From: Minisyncoccia bacterium
Lineage (GTDB): Bacteria > Patescibacteriota > Minisyncoccia > Phycocordibacterales > CAJBRS01
Length of the DNA stretch: 64,000 nt
Direction of reading: 5' to 3'
Assembly: GCA_038215155.1 (NCBI GenBank)
Contig: JBBQRF010000002.1
Coordinates: 50,712 to 114,711 of the forward strand
The position numbers and the translations under genes are program-made. The notes below the pieces were generated by a model. It was not told the DNA's origin and did no database searches. It saw only the letters and a program-made list of their open reading frames with translations. Below, one piece after another: positions 48,144 to 57,099 of the stretch. Positions within the stretch are counted from its first letter, which is position 1. Each line of letters opens with the position of its first letter.

Positions 48144-48235
48144 AAGTCCATAAAGTTTTTAAAGTCCTTAAAGTTATTCTTGTCGCAAGACAAAAAACTT
48201 TAAGGACGTTGAAAACACTAAGGACCTTATAGCCT
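48144..48235. repeat. Palindromic intergenic element of the GTCC(W)TAAAG family in the tuf-rpsJ spacer
   Basis: aagtccataaagtttttaaagtccttaaagtt...aactttaaggacgt inverted repeat with a central ttgtcgcaagacaa hairpin. Confidence 0.7.
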
Positions 48236-48676
48236 ATGAGTGAAACAACTAAAAAAACAAAAACTACCACTTCAAAAGCGAAGACACCTCGAGCTACTAA
48301 AACAGGCGGCGCCTCTAAAGGTCGCGCCACAGCTCCCAAAACTGCGGCCGTTAAAGCGGCCGCAGAAGGTATCTCAAAATTGCGCATTCGAGTACGAGCT
48401 TACGAATCCAAAATACTTGATCAATCAGTTAAGCAAATTATGGACACCGCTCTTCGATATGACGCTACAGTTTTGGGTCCCATTCCTCTCCCAACTGAAA
48501 TTAAAAAATACACGGTGAATCGCTCCGCTTTCGTTTACAAAAACGCCAGAGAGCAGTTTGAGATGAGAGTTCATAAGCGTTTGCTTGACATAGTAAATCC
48601 TACCGCTAAAGTGGTGGAGGCCCTCACTAATTTGAGCTTACCAAGTGGAGTCAGTATTGATGTAAAAATGATTTAA
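48236..48676 (+). CDS. rpsJ: 30S ribosomal protein S10 with an ~45-aa Lys/Thr/Ala-rich N-terminal extension
   Basis: RIRVRAYESKILD...conserved S10 core. No alternative ATG between the annotated start and the core. Confidence 0.9.
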   Translation: MSETTKKTKTTTSKAKTPRATKTGGASKGRATAPKTAAVKAAAEGISKLRIRVRAYESKILDQSVKQIMDTALRYDATVLGPIPLPTEIKKYTVNRSAFVYKNAREQFEMRVHKRLLDIVNPTAKVVEALTNLSLPSGVSIDVKMI

Positions 48677-48677
48677 G

Positions 48678-49295
48678 ATGAAATTTATTTTAGGAACAAA
48701 ACAGAAAATGACTCAGGTTTTTGATGAGAGTGGCAAGGTTTATCCTGTTACGGTCATTAAAACTGCAGGCATGGTTGTTTCTCAAATAAAGACTAAAGAA
48801 AAAGATGGGTATGAGGCAGTGCAAGTCGGAATGGGTGAGAGAAGAGAGAAAAGAATAAAAAAAGCCCAGAAAGGCCACCTAAAAGATTTGGGCAACCTTC
48901 GACACATTAAAGAATTTAGAATTTCCTCCGCTGAATCATCAGAAATGAAAAGAGGGGCGAAAATCACCTCGGCGATTTTCGCCCCCGGCGACAAAGTCAC
49001 AGTTTCCGCTACTTCTAAAGGAAAAGGTTTCCAGGGAGTGGTTAAGCGACACGGTTTCCATGGCGGTCCGAGAAGTCATGGTCAAAAGCACTCAGAGCGC
49101 GAGGCTGGTTCTATCGGCACCGCTGGTTACCAGCGAGTTTTTAAAGGACGCCGGATGGCCGGACGTATGGGTGGCGACCGGGTCACTGTTAAGAATCTGG
49201 AAGTTATTAACGTAGATTCTGAAAAAGAAGAAATTTTAATAAAAGGAGCCATTCCCGGCACTCGCGGCACCTTAGTAGAAATCGTGGCAAAATAA
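48678..49295 (+). CDS. rplC: 50S ribosomal protein L3
   Basis: Canonical L3 (GKGFQGVVKRHGF). Confidence 0.96.
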   Translation: MKFILGTKQKMTQVFDESGKVYPVTVIKTAGMVVSQIKTKEKDGYEAVQVGMGERREKRIKKAQKGHLKDLGNLRHIKEFRISSAESSEMKRGAKITSAIFAPGDKVTVSATSKGKGFQGVVKRHGFHGGPRSHGQKHSEREAGSIGTAGYQRVFKGRRMAGRMGGDRVTVKNLEVINVDSEKEEILIKGAIPGTRGTLVEIVAK

Positions 49296-49296
49296 A

Positions 49297-49929
49297 ATGG
49301 AAGCAAAAATTTACAATCAACAAGGTAAAGAAGCGGGCAACATAAATTTGCCAGAAACTGTTTTCGGTTTGCCTTGGAATGCTGATCTTGTTCACCAAGT
49401 CACTACTTCCATCCAAAATAATCAACGGAACGCCTGGGCACATACTAAAGATCGAGGCGATGTATCTGGAGGAGGAAAAAAACCTTGGAAACAGAAAGGC
49501 ACCGGACGCGCCCGTCACGGCTCTACCCGTTCTCCTATTTGGGTTGGTGGAGGAGTAGCTCATGGTCCAAAAAAAGCCAAGAACTACAAGAAGAAAATCA
49601 ACAAAAAAATGCGAGCTAAAGCACTCTACACAGTTATTTCTAAAAAATTTAAGGAAGGCGAGATAATTTTTGTGGAAAATCTTAACTTTACCGTTCCAAA
49701 GACTAAAGACGCTAAAGCAGTTCTTAGCTCACTAAAAGTGAATCGCTCTGCTTACATTGCGCTTTCAAGCAAGGATGCAAACGTCAAAAAGAGTTTCAAT
49801 AATTTCGGCAATCTGATGGTAGACGAAGTTCGCAACCTTAACGTCCTTGATGTTATGAATCACAAGTTTCTAGTCATCACCAATCCCAGCGAGTCGGTGA
49901 AGTTCATAGAAAGTAAGATGCAAAAATAA
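49297..49929 (+). CDS. rplD: 50S ribosomal protein L4
   Basis: KPWKQKGTGRARHGS. Confidence 0.96.
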   Translation: MEAKIYNQQGKEAGNINLPETVFGLPWNADLVHQVTTSIQNNQRNAWAHTKDRGDVSGGGKKPWKQKGTGRARHGSTRSPIWVGGGVAHGPKKAKNYKKKINKKMRAKALYTVISKKFKEGEIIFVENLNFTVPKTKDAKAVLSSLKVNRSAYIALSSKDANVKKSFNNFGNLMVDEVRNLNVLDVMNHKFLVITNPSESVKFIESKMQK

Positions 49930-49930
49930 T

Positions 49931-50215
49931 ATGGCAAATCATTTACACAATAGTATGGCTATTCTTCGACCCCGCGTTACTGAAAAGGCGAGCTTAGTTA
50001 ATAGTGCCAATGTCTATACTTTTGAAATTGCTGAAACGGCTACTAAAAAAGATGTCTCTCGAGAGATTAGGGATGTTTACAAGGTCAATCCTATTGCTGT
50101 TAATATTGCCCGCACTCCAAGAAAAACTGTCACCCAGAAAGGTATTAAGGGCCGTACAAAAGGGGTTAAGAAAGCTTATGTTTATTTAAAAGCAGGAGAT
50201 CGTATTGAAATTTAA
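49931..50215 (+). CDS. rplW: 50S ribosomal protein L23
   Basis: [11 protein letters not shown]... Confidence 0.95.
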   Translation: MANHLHNSMAILRPRVTEKASLVNSANVYTFEIAETATKKDVSREIRDVYKVNPIAVNIARTPRKTVTQKGIKGRTKGVKKAYVYLKAGDRIEI

Positions 50216-50217
50216 TC

Positions 50218-51060
50218 ATGAAGTCCTACAAACCCACATCCCCATCACGCCGACAAATGAGCCACGTTAGCTATCGTGGAGTTTTTAACGCTACGGAGCC
50301 AGAGAAGTCTTTAACCAAAGGCTTTAAGCGCGCAGTGGGAAGAAACAATCAAGGCCGCATCACTACTCGACACAAAGGATCTGGTCACAAGCGACTTTAT
50401 CGCGAAGTGGATTTTACTTTTAATAAAAAAGATATTCCAGCTAAAATCACTACCATTGAATACGATCCTAACCGTTCCGGATTTATCTCTCTTTTAGTTT
50501 ATGCTGATGGTGAAAAGCGTTACACTCTCTTACCCAAGTCATTAAAAGTAGGAGACACTATTTTAATCTCTGAAAAAGCCGAAGTAAAAGCAGGGAATCG
50601 CTTGCCACTACGAAATATTCCTGTCGGAACTTTTATTTACAATGTAGAAGTAAAGCCAGGTTCGGGCGCCGTCCTTTCTCGAGCTGCTGGCAACTATGCT
50701 GAAGTAATTGCTCAAGACGAAGGATATTCTCAGGTGAAATTACCATCCACCGAAGTACGAAAAATTAAAGACAGCGCCTGGGCTTCTATCGGAGAAGTTT
50801 CTAATGATGAAAATCGGCTGCAAAATTTCGGCAAGGCAGGGCGTTCTCGTTGGAAAGGTATTCGACCAACCGTTCGAGGAACCGCTATGAACCCCGTTGA
50901 TCACCCACACGGAGGAGGAGAAGGAAAGCAAGGCCGAGGAACTCGCCGAGCTAAAAGTATTTACGGTAAGCCAACTGGAAAAGGCCAGAAATCCCGCCGG
51001 GCTAAAAAATACTCAAATCGCATGATTGTCTCCCGCCGAAAAGTAGGAAAGAAGCGGTAA
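50218..51060 (+). CDS. rplB: 50S ribosomal protein L2
   Basis: RNIPVGT..., [13 protein letters not shown]. Confidence 0.97.
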   Translation: MKSYKPTSPSRRQMSHVSYRGVFNATEPEKSLTKGFKRAVGRNNQGRITTRHKGSGHKRLYREVDFTFNKKDIPAKITTIEYDPNRSGFISLLVYADGEKRYTLLPKSLKVGDTILISEKAEVKAGNRLPLRNIPVGTFIYNVEVKPGSGAVLSRAAGNYAEVIAQDEGYSQVKLPSTEVRKIKDSAWASIGEVSNDENRLQNFGKAGRSRWKGIRPTVRGTAMNPVDHPHGGGEGKQGRGTRRAKSIYGKPTGKGQKSRRAKKYSNRMIVSRRKVGKKR

Positions 51061-51074
51061 TTCAGCATTTTAAT

Positions 51075-51130
51075 TTGACAGCATCTCCCTTTCTGCTAGT
51101 ATGTTTTAAGCCGCCAGGGGCGGCATTTTC
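51075..51130 (+). promoter_or_regulatory. Putative internal promoter (-35 TTGACA, 16-nt spacer, -10 TAGTAT) followed by a GC hairpin and U-tract (attenuator-like leader) upstream of rpsS
   Basis: tttgacagcatctccctttctgctagtatg, then gccgccaggggcggcatttt. This is an 89-bp gap in an otherwise abutting operon. Confidence 0.4.
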
Positions 51131-51149
51131 AGTCAAAAAATAAGATTAA

Positions 51150-51509
51150 ATGACACGATCACTCAAAAAAGGTCCATTTGTGGACGCCAAATTATTAAAG
51201 AAGATTAGTGGAAAAAAGCCAGGAGAATCGGCGGTTGTTAAAACTTGGGCACGCCGCAGCGATATTAGTCCAGAAATGATCGGCTTTACTTTTGGAGTTC
51301 ACAATGGAAAGCAGCATTTAGAAGTCTTTGTTACAGAAGAAATGGTTGGCCACAAGCTAGGGGAATTTTCTCCTACTAAGAAATTCTTAAGACACGGAGG
51401 AAAGATGCAGAAGGAACAGGAGGCTGCCGCAAAAGAGGCGGAAATTAATGCCGCTAAGTCAGCACGCGCGGCGGCGGACGGCGCCACAAATAAGGCCCCC
51501 GCTAAATAA
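51150..51509 (+). CDS. rpsS: 30S ribosomal protein S19 with an ~27-aa Ala/Lys-rich C-terminal extension
   Basis: [10 protein letters not shown]...[13 protein letters not shown]... Confidence 0.95.
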   Translation: MTRSLKKGPFVDAKLLKKISGKKPGESAVVKTWARRSDISPEMIGFTFGVHNGKQHLEVFVTEEMVGHKLGEFSPTKKFLRHGGKMQKEQEAAAKEAEINAAKSARAAADGATNKAPAK

Positions 51510-51518
51510 TTTTTATAT

Positions 51519-51842
51519 ATGAAAGCAGCCCTTAAAACTTACAGACAATCACCTCGAAAAGTCCGCCTCGTTGCAGACTTGATTAGAGGCAAGAAAACCA
51601 GCGACGCGCTGGTGACTTTGCAGTTTGCCAATAAGAGAGCGGCGGTAGAACTGACTAAATTACTGAAAAGTGCAATCGCTAACGCTAAAAATCTAGACGC
51701 AGATGAAAGCAAGCTCTACATCAAGGAAATTCAAGTAAATAAAGGCGTTACTTTGAAACGTATAATGCCTCGCGCTCGTGGTTCTGCCTCTGCTATTAAT
51801 AAGCGCACCAGCCACGTTACCATTTCACTAGCAACTAAATAA
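51519..51842 (+). CDS. rplV: 50S ribosomal protein L22
   Basis: Canonical L22. Confidence 0.95.
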   Translation: MKAALKTYRQSPRKVRLVADLIRGKKTSDALVTLQFANKRAAVELTKLLKSAIANAKNLDADESKLYIKEIQVNKGVTLKRIMPRARGSASAINKRTSHVTISLATK

Positions 51843-51843
51843 C

Positions 51844-52518
51844 ATGTCACACACAGTTCATCCATATTCACATCGTTTAGGCATAATTAGAGACTGGAAA
51901 TCTCGATGGTTTGGAGTGAATAAGCAATACAGGGATTTTTTGCGTTGCGATATTTTAATTCGAGAATGGCTTGAAAAGAAAATGCGAGGACTTTATGTTA
52001 GCGCAATTGAAATGGAGCGTAATCAAAAAAATCTTAGAATAATTATTAAAAGCTCTCGTCCAGGTATGATCATTGGCCGAAGTGGGGAGGGTGCCACAAA
52101 ACTCCGCAACGATATTTCCAAGCAGATGCGCAAGCTCGGCATTGCACTGACGAACGAAGAACTAAAAATCGACATTGAAGAAATTCGCTCTCCTGAATCT
52201 AATGCTGCAATTCTTGCTCAGATGATTGCGGAAAGTTTGGAAAAGCGGCTACCTTTCCGACGGGTAATGAAGCAGATGGTAGAAAAAGCCATGGCTAATC
52301 GCGATGTTTTAGGTGTTAAGATTCTCCTTTCGGGTCGTCTCGGCGGCGCCGACATGTCTCGAAAAGAGGAGCTTAAGAGAGGGCGTATTCCCCTTCAAAC
52401 CTTCCGCGCCGACATCGATTTCGTTAGATACGAAGCCCATATGCCTTACGGCAATATCGGTATCAAAGTCTGGATTTATAGGGGCGAGATTTTTGAAAAA
52501 GATAAGAAAACTACCTAA
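51844..52518 (+). CDS. rpsC: 30S ribosomal protein S3
   Basis: KH domain GIIRDWKSRWF. Confidence 0.96.
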   Translation: MSHTVHPYSHRLGIIRDWKSRWFGVNKQYRDFLRCDILIREWLEKKMRGLYVSAIEMERNQKNLRIIIKSSRPGMIIGRSGEGATKLRNDISKQMRKLGIALTNEELKIDIEEIRSPESNAAILAQMIAESLEKRLPFRRVMKQMVEKAMANRDVLGVKILLSGRLGGADMSRKEELKRGRIPLQTFRADIDFVRYEAHMPYGNIGIKVWIYRGEIFEKDKKTT

Positions 52519-52523
52519 TTACC

Positions 52524-52943
52524 ATGCTATATCCTAAAAAAGTAAAACATCGAAAATGGCAAACTGGCCGAGTTAATTCCAAAAAGACGGTAGTGGAAAC
52601 GCGCGGCATCACTCTTTCCTTTGGATCATTTGGCTTAAAAGCTACATCTGCATCCCGAGTGCGCTCTAATCAAATTGAATCAGCCCGCAAGGTCTTGGCT
52701 CGTTCCGTAAGCAAGGTAGGGAAGATTTGGATTCGCATATTTCCCGACCGACCATATACTGCTAAACCAGCAGAGGTGGGAATGGGAAAGGGTAAAGGGG
52801 ATCTCCAGGGCTATGAATTCCAAGTTTGGCCTGGACGCATTTTATTTGAAATTGACGGGGTGGAAGAAAGTGTTGCCCGAGAGGCATTACGAAAGGCTGC
52901 TACAAAATTACCGGTTAAGACAAGAATTGTTAGTCGGGTATAA
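52524..52943 (+). CDS. rplP: 50S ribosomal protein L16
   Basis: MLYPKKVKHRK. Confidence 0.96.
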   Translation: MLYPKKVKHRKWQTGRVNSKKTVVETRGITLSFGSFGLKATSASRVRSNQIESARKVLARSVSKVGKIWIRIFPDRPYTAKPAEVGMGKGKGDLQGYEFQVWPGRILFEIDGVEESVAREALRKAATKLPVKTRIVSRV

Positions 52944-52957
52944 AAACCATAGTTAAA

Positions 52958-53161
52958 ATGAAGAAAAATAATTACAAAGGAAAAGCAGGATCGGAATTAT
53001 CCAAAACTCTCAAAGAAAAAAGAGAGGCCTTAAAGAAATTTCGCTTTAGTCTGGCTGGTACATCAGTGAAGAATGTAAAGGAAGGCCGAGCGGTGCGAAA
53101 GGACATTGCTAGAATCTTAACTGAATTAAATACACAAAAATCTAAAAGTTTGAAAGTTTAA
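52958..53161 (+). CDS. rpmC: 50S ribosomal protein L29
   Basis: Size and position. Helical Lys-rich protein between L16 and S17. Confidence 0.85.
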   Translation: MKKNNYKGKAGSELSKTLKEKREALKKFRFSLAGTSVKNVKEGRAVRKDIARILTELNTQKSKSLKV

Positions 53162-53168
53162 AATCATC

Positions 53169-53429
53169 ATGAACACCCCAACCTCAGAAACAAATAAGTC
53201 TACTAAGCGTAAAATCCTTTCGGGGATAGTTATGTCTGACAAAATGAAGGATACAATCGTGGTAAAGGTAGAGCGATATGTAAAGCATCCAAAATATGGT
53301 AAGTATATTAAGCACGCCAAACGATATAAGGCACATGATGCGGGTAATCTTCATAAGATTGGCGAAAAAGTGGACATTGAGGAATGTAAGCCTATTTCTA
53401 AAGATAAACATTTTAAAGTAATTAATTAA
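53169..53429 (+). CDS. rpsQ: 30S ribosomal protein S17
   Basis: GIVMSDKMKDTIVVKVERYVKHPKYGKYIK. Confidence 0.95.
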   Translation: MNTPTSETNKSTKRKILSGIVMSDKMKDTIVVKVERYVKHPKYGKYIKHAKRYKAHDAGNLHKIGEKVDIEECKPISKDKHFKVIN

Positions 53430-53430
53430 T

Positions 53431-53802
53431 ATGATTCAGCCACGATCCATCGTAAATATTGTTGATAATTCTGGAGCCAAAATCGGCCGTATTTTCAAAG
53501 TACTTGGATCATCAAAAAAGCGTTACGCTGAAATAGGCGAACAGGTAGTTCTTTCTGTTCAAAAAGCTGAGCCGCGCAAGCAAGTAAAGAAAAAAGATGT
53601 ATTACAGGCAGTAGTAGTGCGACAGAAAAAGGCCTTTCGTCGCAAGGACGGTTCATATATTCGCTTCGATGAAAACGCCGTAGTAATTTTAGAGAAAGGA
53701 AAGAAAGAGCCCATTGCCGGTCGTGTATTCGGGCCCATCCCTCGAGAAATTTCCGAATTTGGTTATCAGACCATTGCTTCACGAGCGCCGGAGATAGTAT
53801 AA
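53431..53802 (+). CDS. rplN: 50S ribosomal protein L14
   Basis: MIQPRSIVNIVDNSGAK. Confidence 0.97.
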   Translation: MIQPRSIVNIVDNSGAKIGRIFKVLGSSKKRYAEIGEQVVLSVQKAEPRKQVKKKDVLQAVVVRQKKAFRRKDGSYIRFDENAVVILEKGKKEPIAGRVFGPIPREISEFGYQTIASRAPEIV

Positions 53803-53909
53803 ATAATCCATAATGTCTCTAAAGTCCATAATGTCCATAAAGTCGAAGACTTTCCATCAGGTGACCTTACAGACTTTAAAGACCTTAGGGACGTTAAAGA
53901 CTAAATAAT
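53803..53909. repeat. Intergenic repeat block (GTCC(W)TAAAG family, direct and inverted copies) inserted between rplN and rplX
   Basis: ccataatgtctctaaagtccataatgtccataaagtcgaagactttcc...gactttaaagaccttagggacgttaaagac. Confidence 0.7.
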
Positions 53910-54212
53910 ATGAAATTAAAGAAAGGAGACAACGTAATAGTGATCACAGGTAAAGATAAGGGCAAAACTGGTAAGATTGCCCGGGCTTTTCCGGCTAAGA
54001 ATTCAGTGCTTATTCAGGGAATAAACATTAAGAAGCGAAGCCAGAAAGCTAAACAAGCCAATCAAAAGGGGCAGATTATTGAAATATCTTCTCCTGTTCA
54101 CATCTCAAACGTCATGATTGTAGATGACAGTGGAAAACGCGGCCGAATAGGGAAAAAGTTGGTCGGAGGCGAATACGTACGCATTCATAAGAAGTCAGGG
54201 AAGACCCTATAG
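53910..54212 (+). CDS. rplX: 50S ribosomal protein L24
   Basis: KLKKGDNVIVITGKDKGKTGKI (KOW motif). Confidence 0.95.
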   Translation: MKLKKGDNVIVITGKDKGKTGKIARAFPAKNSVLIQGINIKKRSQKAKQANQKGQIIEISSPVHISNVMIVDDSGKRGRIGKKLVGGEYVRIHKKSGKTL

Positions 54213-54239
54213 TTTTAGAGGGATTCTCAGAAGAAAAAT

Positions 54240-54776
54240 ATGACAACCATTAAAGAAAAACAAAATAAAATCTTTGAAACCCTTAAAGGGGAGTTTAAAT
54301 ATAAGAATCGCATGCAGGCGCCAAAAATAATGAAAGTGGTGCTAAGTTCGGCTACTGGCTCTATTAAAGATCCGAAGAAGAAGGAATTAATTGCTGATAG
54401 AATTACTAAAATTTCTGGCCAGAAGGTTTCTCCTCGAGCGGCCAAGAAATCTGTTGCCACTTTTAAAATTCGCGAAGGTGACGAGATTGGTTTCCAAGTA
54501 ACACTACGAGGTGAGAGGATGTACGATTTTCTAGAGAAGTTAGTAAATGTAGCATTACCTCGTACTCGAGACTTCCGAGGCATTAAACTCTCCGCTCTCG
54601 ACGAGATTGGCAATTATACCGTCGGTATTAAAGAGCACAGCATTTTTCCTGAGACTTCTGACGAGGAATTGAAAGATGTTTTTGGTTTGGCAGTCACACT
54701 AGTCACTAACTCTAAAGACCGAAATCAGACCCAAAAGATGATGGAAAATTTAGGTTTCGTCTTTAAAAAAGCTTAA
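54240..54776 (+). CDS. rplE: 50S ribosomal protein L5
   Basis: Canonical L5. Confidence 0.96.
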   Translation: MTTIKEKQNKIFETLKGEFKYKNRMQAPKIMKVVLSSATGSIKDPKKKELIADRITKISGQKVSPRAAKKSVATFKIREGDEIGFQVTLRGERMYDFLEKLVNVALPRTRDFRGIKLSALDEIGNYTVGIKEHSIFPETSDEELKDVFGLAVTLVTNSKDRNQTQKMMENLGFVFKKA

Positions 54777-54777
54777 T

Positions 54778-54838
54778 TTGACTTCTATTTCTCCTCTGAT
54801 AATATGAATCGAAGCTCGATTTGAGCTATTTTTTATCC
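54778..54838 (+). promoter_or_regulatory. Putative internal promoter (-35 TTGACT, 16 nt, -10 TAATAT) plus a short hairpin and U-tract leader upstream of rpsZ
   Basis: tttgacttctatttctcctctgataatatg, then agctcgatttgagctattttttat. Confidence 0.35.
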
Positions 54839-54849
54839 ATTTTTTAATT

Positions 54850-55035
54850 ATGGCCAAAACTTCTGTAAAAGCTCGGGCGGCTCGACCGCCAAAATTCCAA
54901 AGCCGAGTAGTTCGTCGTTGTTTTCGCTGTGGTCGGAAGAATGGCTATATGAGGGACTTTGCCCTCTGCCGAATTTGTTTCCGTGAAGCGGCTAATGACG
55001 GCAAAATTCCTGGTATTAAGAAATCGTCCTGGTAA
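54850..55035 (+). CDS. rpsZ: 30S ribosomal protein S14 type Z (zinc-binding)
   Basis: CxxC...CxxC (RCFRCGRKNGYMRDFALCRICFRE). 61 aa. Confidence 0.95.
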   Translation: MAKTSVKARAARPPKFQSRVVRRCFRCGRKNGYMRDFALCRICFREAANDGKIPGIKKSSW

Positions 55036-55054
55036 TCATAATATCCTAAGCAAA

Positions 55055-55447
55055 ATGAAAGACCCTATCGCAGACCTAATCATTAAAATAAAGAACGCTA
55101 ACATGGCTGGCCATGAAACTGTTACTGTTCCTTATTCAAAAATGAAAGTGGCTGTTCTGGAAGTACTGGAGAAAGAAGGGTATGTGCAGGGCTTAAGCAA
55201 AAAGGGAAAAAAGATCACTAAATTCATCGAAGTCGGTCTAGTTTACGAAGACGATAAAAAACCACGCATTAGCGGAGTAGAAAGAGTTTCTAAATTTTCC
55301 AAGCGCGTCTACCAAAAAGCTAAAGAAATTCGACCGGTTCGATCAAGCTTCGGCACACTAGTGCTAACAACTCCTAAAGGAATTCTGACCGATAAAGAAG
55401 CTCGGAAAGAAAAGGTCGGAGGCGAAGCATTGTTTAAGATATGGTAA
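55055..55447 (+). CDS. rpsH: 30S ribosomal protein S8. The track ORF begins at 54959 in the rpsZ overlap. The S8 start is the MKDPIADL ATG at 55055.
   Basis: MKDPIADLIIKIKNANMAGHETV. Confidence 0.93.
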   Translation: MKDPIADLIIKIKNANMAGHETVTVPYSKMKVAVLEVLEKEGYVQGLSKKGKKITKFIEVGLVYEDDKKPRISGVERVSKFSKRVYQKAKEIRPVRSSFGTLVLTTPKGILTDKEARKEKVGGEALFKIW

Positions 55448-55536
55448 GAAGTTTATAAAAGTTATAAGGTTCATAAAGTTCGTAAAGCAAACACTTTATA
55501 AACTTTAAAAACTTTAAGAACTTTTACCTAAAATAC
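55448..55536. repeat. Palindromic AT-rich repeat block (TTATAAAG / CTTTATAA family) between rpsH and rplF
   Basis: aagtttataaaagttataaggttcataaagttcgtaaag...cactttataaactttaaaaactttaag. Confidence 0.65.
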
Positions 55537-56070
55537 ATGTCACGAGTCGGCAAACAAACCATTACCATTCCCGCAAACACTGAAGTAAAACTATCTTCAG
55601 GCGTCCTTGATATTAAAGGCCCAAAGGGTGTGCTTTCAAAGAAATTCACTGATGTGGTGAACATTAAGATAGATGGTCAAAATATCACCTTGGTACCCAC
55701 ATCCGAGAATTTGGAAACTCAAGCGCTCTGGGGAACTTATGCCTCTCACATTATTAACATGATTGAGGGAGTAAATAATCCTTACGTAAAGAAATTAATT
55801 ATTGAAGGGATTGGTTACAAAGCGGAAGTTTCTGGAACCAATTTAGTTTTGAATATTGGATTATCTCATCAGGTTAAAGTAGAAATTCCTGCTGAAATAA
55901 AAGTATTGGTAGAAAAAAATGTTGTTACTATTACCGGCGCTGATAAAGAAACGGTAGGACAATTTGCTTCTCAAATTCGAGCGCTTAAGAAACCAGAACC
56001 ATACAAAGGAAAAGGTATTCGATATGAAAAAGAAATAGTTCGTCGCAAGCAAGGAAAGAAATCTGTATAG
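55537..56070 (+). CDS. rplF: 50S ribosomal protein L6
   Basis: [17 protein letters not shown]. Confidence 0.96.
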   Translation: MSRVGKQTITIPANTEVKLSSGVLDIKGPKGVLSKKFTDVVNIKIDGQNITLVPTSENLETQALWGTYASHIINMIEGVNNPYVKKLIIEGIGYKAEVSGTNLVLNIGLSHQVKVEIPAEIKVLVEKNVVTITGADKETVGQFASQIRALKKPEPYKGKGIRYEKEIVRRKQGKKSV

Positions 56071-56083
56071 CAATCTGTCTAAA

Positions 56084-56425
56084 ATGAATACCAAAATTGA
56101 ACAAAGGAATAGACGACGCAAAAGAATCCGATCTAAGGTTTCAGGATCAATGAGTATGCCTCGACTTTCGGTTTTCAAATCAAACAAATACATTTACGCC
56201 CAGCTTATTGATGACGAAAATGGTAAAACTCTCGCCTCTTTTTCTTCGGCAAAAATTAAAGTAAAAGGAAAGATTGAGCAAGCTAAAAAAGTTGGCGAAG
56301 AGTTAGCCAAAGTAGCACAGGAAAAAAATATTAAGACTGCAGTATTTGATCGAGGAGGTTTTATCTATACCGGTCGGGTAAAGGCTTTAGCGGAAGGGGC
56401 ACGGGAAGGGGGGCTGAAATTTTAG
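56084..56425 (+). CDS. rplR: 50S ribosomal protein L18
   Basis: [19 protein letters not shown]. Confidence 0.95.
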   Translation: MNTKIEQRNRRRKRIRSKVSGSMSMPRLSVFKSNKYIYAQLIDDENGKTLASFSSAKIKVKGKIEQAKKVGEELAKVAQEKNIKTAVFDRGGFIYTGRVKALAEGAREGGLKF

Positions 56426-56460
56426 TAAGAAGATAATCATCAGTTTACGAAGATAATAAT

Positions 56461-57075
56461 ATGGATGAAGAAAATAAAAATTTAAATAACGAAGGAACTG
56501 TAGAAGAAGCGGCCGGAGCCGCCGTTCCGGCGGCTCCGGCTCAAGTTCCTTCACAAGGAGATCGTCCACAACGAGGGTCTTTTCGTAATGCTCGCACAAA
56601 AAACGAACGAAAACCTCGCCGTGAGCCCCGTGCTAAACCAGAATTCGATCAACGAATCATTGCTATCCGCCGAGTAACTCGAGTGGCTGCTGGAGGTCGC
56701 CGCTTCAGTTTCAGCGTGGCACTAGTAGCTGGTAATCGAAAGGGCCAAGTGGGGGTTGGAACCGGTAAAGCCGGCGATACATCTTTAGCAATCGAGAAAG
56801 CTTTGAAAAATGCCAAGAAGAATATGATTACAGTAAGAACAACTAGCGACATGTCTATTGCGCATGAAATTAAGGCCAAATTCTCAAGTGCTCGGGTGGA
56901 AATTTTCCCTGCCAAAGGGCGTGGAATTGCCGCGGGAAGTTCCGTTCGGGACGTCATTGATCTAGCTGGTATTAAAGATGTTACCGCCAAGCTTCACTCT
57001 GGAACTAAGAATAAACTCAATAACGCCAGGGCCGCTATCAAAGCTCTGTCGAGTCTTAAAGTGGTCAAGTCCTAA
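56461..57075 (+). CDS. rpsE: 30S ribosomal protein S5 with an ~45-aa acidic/Ala-Pro-rich N-terminal extension
   Basis: RVTRVAAGGRRFSFSVALVAGNRKGQVGVGTGKA. Confidence 0.95.
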   Translation: MDEENKNLNNEGTVEEAAGAAVPAAPAQVPSQGDRPQRGSFRNARTKNERKPRREPRAKPEFDQRIIAIRRVTRVAAGGRRFSFSVALVAGNRKGQVGVGTGKAGDTSLAIEKALKNAKKNMITVRTTSDMSIAHEIKAKFSSARVEIFPAKGRGIAAGSSVRDVIDLAGIKDVTAKLHSGTKNKLNNARAAIKALSSLKVVKS

Positions 57076-57099
57076 AAGCCCTAAAGAAAGACTAAAAAC

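Noticed and set aside
54959-55054. Upstream part of the S8 ORF overlapping rpsZ
   Set aside because: It is in a different frame inside the S14 gene. The canonical S8 N-terminus MKDPIADL begins at 55055.
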